Source: the human T2T-CHM13v2.0 reference genome, Homo sapiens | NCBI RefSeq assembly: GCF_009914755.1 | Contig: NC_060933.1 | Length of the DNA stretch: 64,000 nt | Strand: one strand, 5' to 3' | Shown here: positions 28,301 through 42,460 of the stretch, in pieces | Numbering within the stretch: the first letter of the stretch is position 1 | Layout: each line of letters starts with the position of its first letter | Made by a program: the position numbers and the translations under genes | The notes under the pieces: model-generated | What the model was told of the DNA's origin: nothing | Database searches by the model: none | Seen by the model: only the letters and a program-made list of their open reading frames with translations

Positions 28301-30009
28301 CATTATGTCTTGTTATTTTCCTTAGATGACTTTTGAAAATGCATTGCTATATTCAGTAACTTGCTAAACCAATATGATTGCATTAATCAATTTATTTATT
28401 ATTTATACTCTTCCTGTTTCCAACAAGAATTGGAAATGACTTGATCAAATTTAATGCCCGAAAAAGTTACCTTTGTCAGCCTCTTTAGCAGTGCTCCCAA
28501 TAGGCACACTGTCCCGGGAAGGAGCAAAGCAGGACTGTTATCTGATAGAATATTCTAGATCCAAAAGGCTGCTGCTGGTTAAGCTGGCCACATAACCCAG
28601 GGGCAAATTCACAGATTCTCTGACTTCACTATCCAACATTTATGCTATTTGCTCATGGAACATATTCTGGAGAATATGCCAGCAGAAATCTGCTAAGGAG
28701 AGCTATCTACTCTCATAATTCAAGATAAGTTCCAAAGTGGGACATGAGAAGGGTCACAATTAGAAGGATATCAATTAACAGTAGATAGCAAAACTAGCTA
28801 CCCATATCAAGAAATGTGTTTTGAAAAACATCTTGTGGGTCACTCTTACCTTCTGTTAAGTTTAATAATAGCTAAGCATTCACAAGAACTGAAAAACTAA
28901 GTCAATAGGTTACCAAGCTACTCCTCAGAATAAATTCAAATGGACTAGGTCCTTCTGTTGGCCAAATCAAGGAACTGGGGTTTAGAAAACAAGTTTGATT
29001 CCCATAGTATAACCATAAGCCTTTTTAGTTCAGATTGTAGCCTGAAGTGGTTTGAAGTGGATATGTAAACATATGCCTGCTGAACTATATATACTTTATA
29101 TATAATTTTATATTTTATAATAAAATACACTTATTAAAAACTTTTTGTTTAGCTTTTAATAAATGTGTTTTGAATAGTAGCCACTGTGTAAGATACAAAT
29201 CAGTGCCTGACCTTATGGGTCCACTGTAGATATGTGCCGCTTCCATGCATCATTATAATGAAGGCAAGAAATCATAAGTATACTAAGAGTGTTAAAGGAA
29301 AAGCATATGGGAGTTCAAGGATATAGCACATTGAGTTGGCAAAATGAGGAAAGGCATTTTGGAAGAGCTGTTTTGATGTAAGCTTTGAGAAATAAATAAG
29401 AGTTACATCTGAGGTGATAGGATAGAGGGAGAGCCAAGTATGAAAGTGTGTTGCGTGAGTAGGGCATATGCATACGAATGAATGAATAGGGTGGGGCTCT
29501 TTAAGTGGGAAGAACATGGAAGATATATTAATTTGTTTATTCAATACCAAAATATTTATGAAGTAGCTCCTGTGTGCTATGTTCATTTTGGGTGAAGAGA
29601 GATGAATAATATAGATAGGATCTCTACCTCACAGCAGGTTGTAAAAGTTGTCCATGGATACAGTGCATTAAAGGAAAAAAGTGATAGAAGATATCAGCAC
29701 CATAAGAGCATGAGCAGACTCTTGGAATAAAATAAGCATTTTTTATTTATTTCGCTATATGAAGAGGCTGTATTTGTGGTTGACTGTTCAAAGTAAATGT
29801 ATCTCTTGCGGATAGATTCCATTACTACAGACAGGTCTGTAGTTTGTTTAGTGTTCTTGGAAAGAAACAGATGACATTTTTCACTACCTACCCCCATCTT
29901 TTTTTCTTCTAATACAAAAGGGACATTAAAAAGCCCTCAATAATTGCTGGTATAAAGCCTTTCTTTTATGAAAACAATAAAAATATAAGGAAAACAATAA
30001 AAGTATCTA

Positions 30010-30230
30010 CTATTCAATATTGAGTTTATTACGTGCTTTGTATATATACTTGCAACAATATACAATAACTACCACTGTTATCATGCCCATTTTACAGATA
30101 AAGAAATTAAGGTGTTGAGGGATTAGGTGACTCACCCAAGATTAGTGATTTTATAGCTATTTAGCAATAGAACTGAGACAAACTGAGGTGGAACAGCTCC
30201 AGAGTCCCTGTTCTTAACTAGCCTAGGCTA
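30010..30230 (-). mobile_element. MIR
   Basis: GCCCATTTTACAGATAAAGAAATTAAGG...GGTGACTCACCCAAG. Confidence 0.7.
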
Positions 30231-32539
30231 CTTCTAATATCATGTTATGCTAAGAAGTTCCCTGGATGAGCTAAAAATTGAGACGATGTTAGTGCTTTGG
30301 GCTCTCTTTACCTAACATTTCTCTTGAAATTCTCTTAAGTGGTAACATTTACTTTTGGATGCATTCCAGGGGCCTCCATATATTTGTGCAAGAATGCGTC
30401 ATCCGCATCTGAAGATAAGAGAAGTTGCTCTTTACACCATTGCAAGGATTCCAAATTTAGTGAGTGGTGCTTGGCCATCTAGGGCTTTGTGATTCCTTTA
30501 TGGGAGTGCAGCAGGTCAAACTTCCAAAACCAAAGAGGGCCCATACAATCCAAAAGCGTACACTCAGCCCTTCCATGGCAGGCAAATCAAAATCCCCTGC
30601 TGAGTTTAACATTCTTGCTTTGTTCTCTAATCAGCAAAAATTCTTTTCCCCCCAAGTCAGTATTTGTTCATGCGTTTCCAGAGGCCTGGGAGGAAGGATA
30701 TTATGCAGAGAACACACCCAAGCATATAACTGGATAGATTAAAAGATCCAGATGGACACCCAACGTACTCACATAAATACATAAAAAGCCAAACTAGAGC
30801 ACTAAGTGGTGGCACTTATTGTGAAATGGTACTGAATAATGCCATTTCTTCTATTTCTAAACCAATTTAGATTTCAGGGCTCATTTGCAGCACTGGTTCC
30901 ATAGCCATTGGTAACCCAAGGGACTTTCGTATACTCTTCTTCACATATATTAGTCTTTTTTCCTGCTCTTTTTAAAGGCATAAAACTTTTTAATGAACTT
31001 ATTCTCACATCTTTCCAGTGTGGAGCCACCACTTCTTGAGCCCCTCATTGCAAAGCCAGGGGAAACAGAAAAGCCCCAAAGTGATTCTCATCTATTTTGA
31101 AAGCTGACCTTGGGGCATGTGTTCATATGAACACCTGGAGGCATTTGGACATTGTTACCCTTACTCACAGAAACCACCTCACAGGTCAAGACAAACATCA
31201 AAAGTAATGAAAAAAAAAAAAATAAGGCAGCAGCTCAAGTGTTTATTGACTACCAGCTGGGAGCCAGGTATCTCTGCATAAGGTAATGATGATTTGGGGA
31301 CGCCTTTGATTTGTGTTCTTTTCACCAAATTAGGGTATTTGAAAATGTCACAAATAATTATTTCGTCAATGAACCAAAGATGTTAATTCAGTACCAGGTC
31401 TCATTATGAACTAAGACAAAAGATTTGGAGATTTATCCTGAACCTTCAGACACCGGATCTCCATGCTTGCACAGGGTCTTGTCTGGGACAGTTACTCTAA
31501 TACATGACCCAGAAGCAATAAGGATATTTTATATAGGAATGTATTCGTAAATATTTTTATACTTTAAAGTATTTTTTTCAGAGTTATTTTGGCAGGAAAT
31601 CACTATATGCTAAAGTATTCCACATTATGGAAGGTAGAATGGGGACACTGGGAACACCATTGTTTCCATCATCGAGTGGAAAAATGAGAATTCTCAACAC
31701 TCCAAGATGAATAGGAATGTAATGCTATAGCTGGAATGTTTTTTTAAAGTGGCTGACATGATTAGAGTATGGAAACTAATACATTAAGGAAACTCCAGTA
31801 GTCCAATTTGTAGACACAGATGCCTTGATATCCCCATAGAGTGTCTTGCATTGTAGGCACTGAATATAGGCTTTTGGAATGATGATTGAATTAAAGTCAA
31901 ACAACAAAACAAAGACTGACAAAAATCCACACATTTCCAAGCACACTGGGAACCATTTGGATGTGCAAATAGGCTATAATATGAGCAGGTATCAGTTCTC
32001 ACGTAGCAGAGAGGAGAGAATCAGACTTGACCAGGAAGTCTGGCAATCCGACTTGACCGGGAAGCACATTACATTCGGTAATGTGCCAAGGTGACCTAGC
32101 TTTGTTACCCGAGATGAGACCTTTAGCTATGCTAGTGTCCTCATCTGTAAATGGGTGTCACTTCTTTCAAGCAACAATGGCTTAAAGAGTTGTTGAGGTT
32201 TTGAAATTATGTGTGTCATAATTTGTTATTTTTTTGGGGTCCTAAACAAATATAATGGATGTGTTGATGGTTAAACAAGTGTTTATTTAAAAGTATTCCT
32301 GTGGAACGCTATTCTTTTGAGACAAGATTTAAAAATTAAGGCTATGGGAGGAATGGGGAGGAGCTATACTAGGAGTCAGCGTCTCCAAATCTCCAATTTT
32401 TATCTAGAAGAGATTTGTTTCATATATTTTATATATGCTGCACTTTCACATAGATTTCAGCTAAAAAAACAGTTCTACTGATTAAAAAATTTTGAAGACC
32501 ACTGAATTAATCCTTCTTATTTGGGTTTGGAACCATGAA

Positions 32540-32930
32540 AATAAGAAACAACCCAAATGTCCATGAAGAAAAGAAAGGATATGCAATGTATAGTATAATC
32601 ATATAATAGAATACTACTGAGCATTGAAAAGGAATGAACTACTCATACATGCCGCAATATAGATTCAAAACATTATGTTGAGCTAAAAATAAAAGTCACA
32701 AAATAGTACACACAATTTCATTTATATAATGCTAATTATACATTTAGGCATCTCGCTCTAAAGTGCTATTGACCTAAAAGAAGTACAAGAGAACTTTTCT
32801 GGAATGATAGAAATGTTATATATCTTGATCTGGCAATTGATTATTAAGATATTTCAAAATGTTCTTGAGCTCTACACTTAATATTTGTGCAATTCACTCT
32901 ATATAATTACTACCATGATTTGAAAAAGTA
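32540..32930 (+). mobile_element. Old L1M (L1ME/MC) 3' fragment
   Basis: GAAACAACCCAAATGTCCA...AAAAGGAATGAACTACT...CATTATGTTGAG. Confidence 0.7.
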
Positions 32931-33409
32931 GGCTCAACTTATTGGTTTTCTGGTCATCGTATAGAAAATTAATGGAATCAGTTAAGTTCCAGAGAGATAC
33001 AGAGGGAAACAGTAAAAATGTATCCATCTCTCTCTATGATGAAGTCTATCTCCCCACTTCTAACTCCCTAAACACATACACATAGACACACACAAAATGT
33101 ACACATCCATACCCACACTTCTTCATTAAGCCTATTTGCTTTCTTGTCCCCTTCCTCTTCTCCGTTTTTGTTCTTTCCAGACTACTAGATTGCTGGATGT
33201 TATAAAACTCATTGAATAACACCAATACTTATTTTCAAAGTGATTTTGTGTTTTCCTATCCCATAAGAATCTCTGGTGGATAGAAAGATGCATCAGCATG
33301 CAAAAAATTCTAGTCCCCAAAACATATTTTCCTAGAAAATTATTTTACTTATAACTTTGATATAGAAATCTATTTATAAACACTCAGAAATGCTTATATA
33401 TAAAATAAT

Positions 33410-33640
33410 AGTTAACATGTATGGAGCATTTACTATGGGCCAAGTACTAGTCTAAGTAATTTGTATTGATTAACTACTTATTTTTTCCAAGAAAGTGTTA
33501 AGGCAAATGTAGATGAGAAACTGAGCCACAAAGAGATTAAGGAGAAACTGAGCCACAAAGAGATTAAGTAACTCACCGAAGGCAGTAGGTGGGGAGCTTC
33601 AGTATGAACCCAGGCAGCCTGGCCCCCCACTCAACCACCA
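33410..33640 (-). mobile_element. MIR with internal 27-bp tandem duplication
   Basis: GAGCATTTACTATGGGCCAAG...AGATGAGAAACTGAG...GAACCCAGGCAG. Confidence 0.75.
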
Positions 33641-34230
33641 TGTGTGCAGACAACTATCTCTAAGCAAACAGTGTATTCACTTGCAGCTCTAAGTGCCCTC
33701 TGAGAACCTTAGCTTGCAACTGGATATTCTTACTATTGTGTCCTTTCTGGTGACTTTTTTTCAAAAACTTTTCAAACCTATAGTCTCAACTGAATTGGTG
33801 TTCTCAGGTGATACTATCATATAAGAGACCAGTAAATTTTCCTGAAAGGCAATGCAGTGATCAACAACAAAATAGAAGGCATTCGTGTGCCTGGACAGGC
33901 TGAGAGACATAACACCAGCGTTAGTTTAACCTTCTGAGCAAAGCAAAGGAACCATGACTCCTTAACCAGCTTTGTAGTGCTGAGCCCAGTGTGAGGCACA
34001 GAAGGTCAGCTGTTTGATCAATGTGTGTTATGTAGAGATCTAAATCACAGCAACTGTCTTTATGCCTTGTATGAGATTCCTAGGGTTGTTGTAACAAAGT
34101 ACTGTGCTACAAACTGGGTGACTCAAAACAATAGTAAGCTATTGTTTTACTGTTCTGAATGAAAGAAGTCTGAAATTAAGGTATCAGGCAGGAGAATAAC
34201 CTAAGTCTCTAAGGGAGGATCCTTCACTGT

Positions 34231-34810
34231 ATTTTATAAAAATTTTATTTTCAATTGACAATAATTGTATAGATTTATGGGGAACAATATGATGCTTTGA
34301 TATAGATTTCCATTGTAGAATGATAAAATTGAGCTAATTAACATAGCCATCACCTTAGATACTTACTATTTTTTGTGATGAGAACAATTTAAAATCTATT
34401 CCTTTACCAATTCTGAAATATGCCATACATTATTATTAATTATAGTCACCATTCTGTGTAACAGATGGCTAACATTTATTCCCTCTGTCTAACTGAAAAT
34501 TTTACCCTTTGATCAACATCTCCCCTTTATCCATCTCTACCTCACCTCCCTAGCCTCTGGTCACCACCATTCTACTCTCTAATTCTATGAGTTCAATTGT
34601 TTTAGACTCCACATATAAGTAAGATCATGTGGTATTGGTTTTTCCACACCTGGCTTATTTCACTTAGCAGGTTCATCCATTTGTGGCAAATAACAGAATT
34701 TTCTTCCTTGTAAAAGGCTGTATTGTGTTCCATTGTATATGGAAGCAACCTAAGTGTCCATCGACTAATGAATGGATAAAGGAAATGTGTTCTGTGTACA
34801 CAATGGGATA
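34231..34810 (-). mobile_element. 5'-truncated L1MA with inverted 5' segment (34737-34810 on +)
   Basis: Antisense L1MA 3' end, then sense piece ATATGGAAGCAACCTAAGTGTCCATC; TSD approx TCCTTCACTGT / TCCTTCCTTGT. Confidence 0.8.
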
Positions 34811-35017
34811 TCCTTCCTTGTCTCTTCAAGTTTCCGGTAGCCCCAAGAGTCACTTGTTTTGCAGCTGCATCACTTCAGTCTCTGCTTCTGCTGTCACATG
34901 CTGCTGTCCCTGTGCATCTGTGTCTTTCCACCTTACGAGGACACGAGACACTTTAGATTAAAAGCTTACCTCAATAAACTTACCTTAACTTGATTATATC
35001 TGAAAAGGCCTATTTCT

Positions 35018-35336
<319 letters not shown>

Positions 35337-36659
35337 ACACAGGCCTATTTCTAAATAAGGTCGTATTCATGGGTACTGGGGATTAGGACTTCCACATTGC
35401 TCTCTGAGGGACACAATTCAACTCTTAACAAACCTGAACCACTGCAGTCTTACAGTTTTTCCGCATACCATTCCTTGGTTATAGTTGTTTTCCCCCAAAT
35501 TCCATCTTCATCCTTCCTCTCCCAAAGCTCTAATTTGCAAAGGCATCTGAGCCATCCCCAGCAAACCCAGTTTTCTCACTGACACACTGTCATTACTTCA
35601 CCTCTCTCCTCAGTAGCTTAGTCATCTCTGGAAAAAGACTTTAAAAATGAGTTCTCTCTCTTTGCCCTGAAACCAAGTTCATTTTGCTCTCAAAACTCCA
35701 GGCTAAACAGGACCTTTGAGATAAATTTTGCATTAGTTTATTTCTACAAATGAATATTCCATAACACACTATTTAATGTCACTGGGCAGCCTCTTACTCA
35801 TGCAGTTGCCAACAAATTCCCACCAAGTTGATGTCAGAATGTGAAATTAGTGACTAATAAAATGAAACAGACAAAAGGAGAATGCTGAGTTATAGAAGGG
35901 ATAAGCAGGATATATGAATATCATTAGCTGTTCCTTAAAAAACATTTATGTGATTACATGAATGTGAAAATGCAATGCAGTATTTTAGAATTTCACCAGT
36001 CAATGGAATGCTCTGAAACAGATGGACTGTGTGACTGATGATTCAATAATTGCACTCATTAAAAATGTTCACGCTTTTAATTTCTCCACAGCCTTCATTC
36101 CCCCAACCCATTCTGTGAAGAGCTGAGGAATGAAATGGTTTTGCCATTGTCAGCAGATAGATAATAATTGAATTTGCTTTGATTTCCTGGGGTGCCCCTG
36201 TCCCACCTCTGTGTTCCTGACTGACAGCTCATAAGTCCAGTAAAATATTGCAACCAACCCTAGCTGTCTCAAAGGCAAGAGATATCAGGCGATCATCTTC
36301 CGACTGCCTTTGTTATCTCACACAATATCCTACCTCACACATAGATAGAGTGTGGGTTTGTGTCTCCCCATGTTTCTACACCACAAATCTCAGGCATGGA
36401 AAATTGAACTGACAGCTTTGAATTCAAGTTCCCTACTTACAGCCAAGAATAAATCAGAGTGTGAATGGGAGGTAGGCGGTGGGTGGGAGGAGTCAACAGC
36501 TGCAGCAGTGATGTCAAGATGGGTAACAGAACTCAAATTGAATACCTATGGTTATTGCCATGTGCCTGTAGAAACCACAACATCTGTAGAGCAATACAAT
36601 GGTTTAGAAAAGGCTTAACACTGCCTGAAGTAGCTCAGTAAGAATAAAACTTTTTTTCT

Positions 36660-37500
36660 CATTGTATTCATTTATTTGTTGCATTCATTCATTCATTAGT
36701 CAAAAAGAGCATTGTCCATTAGCAAGAGATTCTGGTCTGACTCATACCACTAACCAGCTGCATATCCTTTACTTTGCTGGCTTCGTTATGCTCAGGCCCC
36801 AGCTCTAAAGCTCTAAAGCTCTATGATTATATAAAATATTGGCTGCTTACTCATTGGAAGGTGCAGGTGGCAAAGAAACACTGGCTACCGTACTAGTCCT
36901 TCTTCAGAAGCCCACATTCTCACTGGGGAGATATGGCATAGTTGCATACACAGTAGAATAACATCCTAGAAGCCAGCTGAACTCCCTTACCCAAAGGTGT
37001 GACAGTGAATGTGTTGATTTCAGGGAAAAGAGATAAAGACCTTGGGGTCAGGGAGGTTTTAGAGTAATGGACTTTGAAGCAGGGATAGCATTTTGAGAGA
37101 TAGGGAAGAGGAAAGGGGGCATACTTGGGACAATAATTTGAATAAATGTTCAGGATTTGGGATGAGTCAGATATCTTAGGATAGATTAATGAGTGGGCAG
37201 GTTGACTGTTGCAAAAGTTTCGTGGGGCTAATAGGGCTTGCTATAGAGAAATACCAAGCCCCCAATATAAGGGAGAACTCTAAGCCTCTTCCCCAACTTC
37301 CTTAAAATCTCTATTCAGGATTGAAAGGGATTGAGTTCACATAAAGAAAAGTCTTAAATGCCACATAAAAGATTAGAGTCTGTAAGCAAAAGGGTGTCAT
37401 TGAAAGCTTGTCAGAGGAGAGTAACATATGATTAGGGGAAGCATGGGAAGTTTCAGGACAGAGTAGCCTGGAGGATGGATCACAGGAGGTTGGACTAAAG
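36660..37500 (-). mobile_element. L2 fragments
   Basis: CATTCATTCATTCA tail plus degenerate L2 body; boundaries approximate. Confidence 0.5.
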
Positions 37501-37523
37501 ACAGAGCGCTTACCTCGGGAAGT

Positions 37524-37822
37524 CAGTATTATTCTAAGTGAAGTAACTCAGGAATGGAAAACCAAACATTGTATGTTCTCACTCATAAGTAGAAGCTAAA
37601 CTATGAGGATGCAAAAGCATAATAATGATACAATGGACTTTGGGGACTCTTGGGGAAAGGGTGGGAAGGGGGTGACGGATAAAAGACTACAAATTGGGCT
37701 CAGTGTATACTGCTTGAATGATGAGTGCGCCAAAATCTCACAAATCACCACTAAAGAACTTACTCATGTAACCAAGAACCACCTGTTCCCCATAAACCTG
37801 TGGAAATAATTTTTTTTAAAAA
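37524..37822 (+). mobile_element. L1PB (L1PB1-like) 3' end
   Basis: CTAAGTGAAGTAACTCAGGAATGGAAAACC...GGATAAAAGACTACAAATTGGG...CACCACTAAAGAACTTACTCATGTAACC. Confidence 0.88.
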
Positions 37823-38971
37823 GAATAGAATCCATAGCCAAATAAATTTACACATGAATAGAATAGAGGTTTTGGGATGATCCTTAGTTTAAAAAAAAAA
37901 GGTCAGGTATGATAAGGACTTAAAAAAGAGCAGGGCAGAGGAGAAAGAAATGAATTTGATTCTCCAACAACGTTCTCCTATTTGCAACCTTTGCTTTCCC
38001 TTTTATATCAAGATTCAAATTTGTCATTGTGTGCTCAGTGTCAGTTTTCCTTTCTAGACTATCAACTCCCAGAAGGGCACTATTATGTCTGTGTTTTTGG
38101 AGATTTTTATCTCCAGTGCCCAGCATGGTGTTTGGCCCAGAAGAAATATTCAAAACATTTGGGGAATAAAGAAATGCAGGTAGAAATGAGCAACAAAATC
38201 CCATGAGTCAAAGAATTTTTAACTTGGTAAATGGGAACATGATGACAGGAACAGAAAGAGGTAGAAATAGCAATGTTGGAAGAAAAACGATGCTGGAGTT
38301 GAATTTGAAGTGATGTCAGGATATCCATGTGGAAATGTTCAGAAGGTCAGTGGAAATATTGGATTGTTTGCTGAAAAACTGCCAGTGTGTCCTCCTTTAA
38401 TACAGAAAAATTGAGCCGGTTGGCTGAAGTCCTTTGATTTCCAAATTCCATTCAGCAGAGAATACATCTGAGGTCATGGACGTCAGTGTTTTTAATGTAC
38501 AATAACGAAGAGTCACAGTTACCTTTTTTTCTCCCGATCCTATGTCAGAAATTTAATACCTACTTTCATGCCATTTTTACTTTTAATAGAGACTTTTTGG
38601 TAAATTAAGATTTTGGCTTTTTCTTTTTAATATATGAAGCTATATCTGGAAAGTCCATTGTAGCAGAAAGTGAAAGAAAATGTATTAAGTTAGAGAATAC
38701 TTTGTATTTACTAGATATATTAACATCTCCCTTTTTTCGGGGTAGTTTTGTGTCTACCTTTGGATTCCACAAAGAAGATTAATGGTGAGAGAACTGGTAT
38801 ATTTTTTAGATATAGTTTAGTAAACTTTGATGTCACATTGACCTAAACTTGAATTCTGGGTTTCACTACTTCCTACCAAGTTACTTAACCATCCTGGACC
38901 TTAGTTTTCTCATCTGTAAACTGGAGTTTCTATTGCCTACCTAACAGATTTTGTGAATTGTAAATACACAT

Positions 38972-39410
38972 TGCTTTGGGTTGGGAGTAGTAGCCCCACA
39001 CAAACACTTGTCCACATGTCAGAACCTGGAAATGTGACCTTATTTGGAAAATAAGGTCTTGCAGATGGAAGAATCTCAAAATGAGATTATCCTGATCTAT
39101 CTGGGTGGGCCATACATCCAGTGACAAGTGTTCTTGTTGACACATGGACACAGAGAGTAGAGGAGAAGGTCATGTGAAGACAGAGGCAGAGATTGGAGAG
39201 ATTAGGGAGACTGGATTGATGCAGCTGCAGGAAATGCTGACAACCACATGAAGCTGGAAGAAACAAGGAAGCCTTTTCCTCTAGAGCCTCCAGAGGAAGT
39301 GCCGTGCTGCCAACACTTTGATTTCGGACTCTGGCCTCCAGATCTGTGAGAGAATAAATGTCTGTTGTTTTAAGCCTCTGGTTTGTGGCATTCCCTAGGA
39401 AATAAATACA
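38972..39410 (+). mobile_element. MLT1C-like solo LTR inserted in a MIR
   Basis: AATGTGACCTTATTTGGAAA...GAAGACAGAGGCAGAGATTGGAG...AATACA; TSD CACAT/CACAC. Confidence 0.82.
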
Positions 39411-41832
39411 CACACTTAACTAGTCACTCAGTAAATTCCGGTACTAGCCTCTCATTCTTATTTAAACCACCACATTCCAAGCCCTCTTGTATGAAAATAA
39501 AATAAAATGATGGTTAGAAGTATTCCAGTAGAGTAGAGGAAGAGGCCACATAAGAATGTTTGTGCGTGATACCGGTAACATGAGAAAGTACTTGTGAGAC
39601 ATACGGGGTGCACAAAGAAGAGAGCAATACCAGAGAAAAGAAGATAATGAAAGGGTAAAGCAGAAATCAGAGTATGAAAGAAGGAAAAGCAATGTCACCT
39701 CCACCCCAACCCCTGTCCTCCCTGTCTCTTAGGGTCCTTCCTTGGTTGTCACTCAATGGAAACTGGAAGGAAATGAGAGAAGTATTAAGGAAAGGAGAAC
39801 CACAGATATTTCAAACTTGCCCTCATAACATGTCAGAGCTGCTATGCCATTAATCTTCTCAGGGTGGAGAAACTGAGATATGGGGCCATTGTCAAGGACA
39901 CTTTCATTAGGACCAAGGTCTGTTGGCTTCTAACCTTCAATTCTCAAGATTGTGCAGTTTCTGCTGAAGATCCAACATCTATCACTCATTCTTTCCTCTT
40001 TTGCTCAGCTGTCAAATGGAAACTTAACAGAAGGATTAGGTATAATATAAGATACTGCAATAATCACAGCAGTTGCAATCCCTGCCACAATACAACATTG
40101 TTTTTAGTACTTTAGTGATTTGTCGTTTCCAAAGAGCATTTATTTAGCAGTAATTTTCTATGTATTAGTGGCCCACATGAAAAAATAAAAATAAAACAAA
40201 CAGGTATAAGACACTTTAAAATATTATTATAAATATTAATATGCTATGGGGGCATGGTGAGAATGGAAAGAATAAGCTCTTCCTGCAGTCCAAACAAATG
40301 TATTAATAGAACTCAAATAATGGAGTCTATCAAATACCAAGTGATTGGAGATATTTCTATAATTTCTCCAGAAAACAGTATCTTCTCAGGTCCTTGACAA
40401 TCACAGACTCTGTCAGTGTCTTGTCCCCCCAGTTTGAGAAGTGGTTCAAATGGGTCAGGACATTTCCGTAGAGTCCCAAGAGAAAGGGAATAGTCTCTTG
40501 CCAGGTGGTCAATAGTCATCCTGATAAGGTGATACGAAAAGCTGCTACATATGTAACGTTGAGTCTTGTTGTTTTGTTTTGTTTGTTTGCTGTTGTAGTC
40601 ACACTTGGTGACCCAAAAAGTATCTTCTTCCCCCTACACCTCTTGTCCACTGCAGGGAAAAAAAAGAGACTAGCATTGTGTTTCTGAAGATACTGTAAAG
40701 TGTTTAAGCAGAAAACAGCCAGACCTCAGAAGCCTTTAGTGTAGATTTTGTGTCCAGCCTGCTTTTGAATGGACTCATGGATTTCTGCAGTGGCCATGGT
40801 AGCCTTGGGCCCAGGACTCTCTCCAATGTCTTGGGACATGTAAGCCCCTGGGGCTTTTCTACAGTCTTAACTCAGAGGGAGAAATGTTTTAAAAAAAAGA
40901 CTCTTCTGACCTATCTTGGCAAATGGGAAGCTGAGAACAATCAAGAACTGTGAAATATCCCATGTTGTTGTGAAACAAAATTCTTAGTTTTAATATTGGC
41001 CTCAAAGGCAGAAGTAAATGAACATTTGTCTAGTGTTACAGACTGCTATTTAGTTATACCAGATTCTGTTTGTGAGAATTTTTCAAATAAATTGACTCAT
41101 TGTTCCCCAGTGGAATAGATCTCCTGTACAGCAGTCTTCCCATCCCACAATATTACAAGGAAGGTTCTGCAAGCACCATCCTCTTCCTGACATTCTGGTG
41201 ATGAGAGTTAATGACCGCTTATGTGGGACACATGAAATAACAGAGGTTAAAAGTTATCAAAGCGTGCCATGCATCTGAACAGATTATGGGAGCTTTGGCA
41301 GAGGATGACAGCCCTGATACTCTCCCAGTCACTAGACAAGTGAGCTGAGTCCCTGTGTCAGGATGGGAAAGGCAGATGCCCCCAAGGGTGTGACAGATCA
41401 AAGTGGGCCAAGTCACCCTGCGCTTGTTAAAGTGTTTTTCCTAAAAGGAAAACTTTAAAACATTAAAAAAAAAAACAAGAAAGAAAAGGAAAAGAAAAGA
41501 TAGCGTATATTTCCATGAAAGAGAGAAAGAGCCGAGTGACCTATTTTACCACTAATGTTTCTCCCATGCAAGAGTCCCTATGCTTCCTTTGAAGAACCAT
41601 GGAGGGTTTGTAGGAGCCCATGTCCCCCCAGACATTGTGGGAAAAGTTCTGTGCATTTTTTTCATAACAGTATTTATAAACTTATTACCACAAAGAGTTG
41701 AAGAAGCACTTGGATGGAAGGGATTCATTATCTCTCCTCTCTGAGCTGCATTTATTAACACTGGGCCCAAGAGGGATAACTTAGTTCTGTGGCTCAATGT
41801 AGAAGTGAAAATGAAATCAGGAATCTCTAGAC

Positions 41833-42183
41833 CAGTAGTCTCAAACCTATTTGGCACCAGGGACCAGTTTCATGGAAGACAATTTTTCTATGGACATTGT
41901 GGGTGGGTGGTGGGAGGGGGATCGTTTTAGGATAAAACTGTCCCACCTCAGATCATCAGGCATTACATTCTCATAAGGAGCATACAAGCTTAGATCCCTC
42001 GCATGTGCAGTTCACAATAGGGTTCACACTCCTATGAGAATCTACTGCCACAGCTGATCTCACAGGAGGCAGAGCTCAGTCAGTAGTACTCCTTTACCCG
42101 CCACTCACCTTCTGCTGTGTGGCCCGGTTCCTAACAGACCACGGGCGCCTGTCAGTCCATGGCCCAGGGATTTGAGACCCCTG
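41833..42183 (+). mobile_element. MER1B (hAT-Charlie)
   Basis: CAG...CTG termini; perfect 8-bp TSD CTCTAGAC at 41825-41832 and 42184-42191. Confidence 0.9.
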
Positions 42184-42199
42184 CTCTAGACTACCTGTT

Positions 42200-42460
42200 G
42201 AAGTTTACTTTTTGTGTCCTGTGACTCTGTGCTTTCTGGGAGCCATGCATTATGAAAAGTACCTCATGGTGAAAATTGACTCACTGCAAAAAGTCACCTC
42301 ATTGGATATTCATTACAAGCCTGTGAGAAAACTGTTTTTACTCCACAGAAAAATAAACTCAGAACAGAGAGGTTTGGTAACTTACCAGAGGCCACAGAGT
42401 CAGGAATGAGCAAGCCCAAAATCCAACCCCAGGTTTGTGAATTCCAAAGCCTGGACTAGT
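42200..42460 (-). mobile_element. MIR
   Basis: AACTCAGAACAGAGAGGTTTGGTAACTTACCAGAGGCCACAG. Confidence 0.6.

Noticed and set aside
36801-36823. AGCTCTAA x3 micro-repeat (similar short duplications near 24990 and 29970)
   Set aside because: Ordinary slippage duplications too short to imply function
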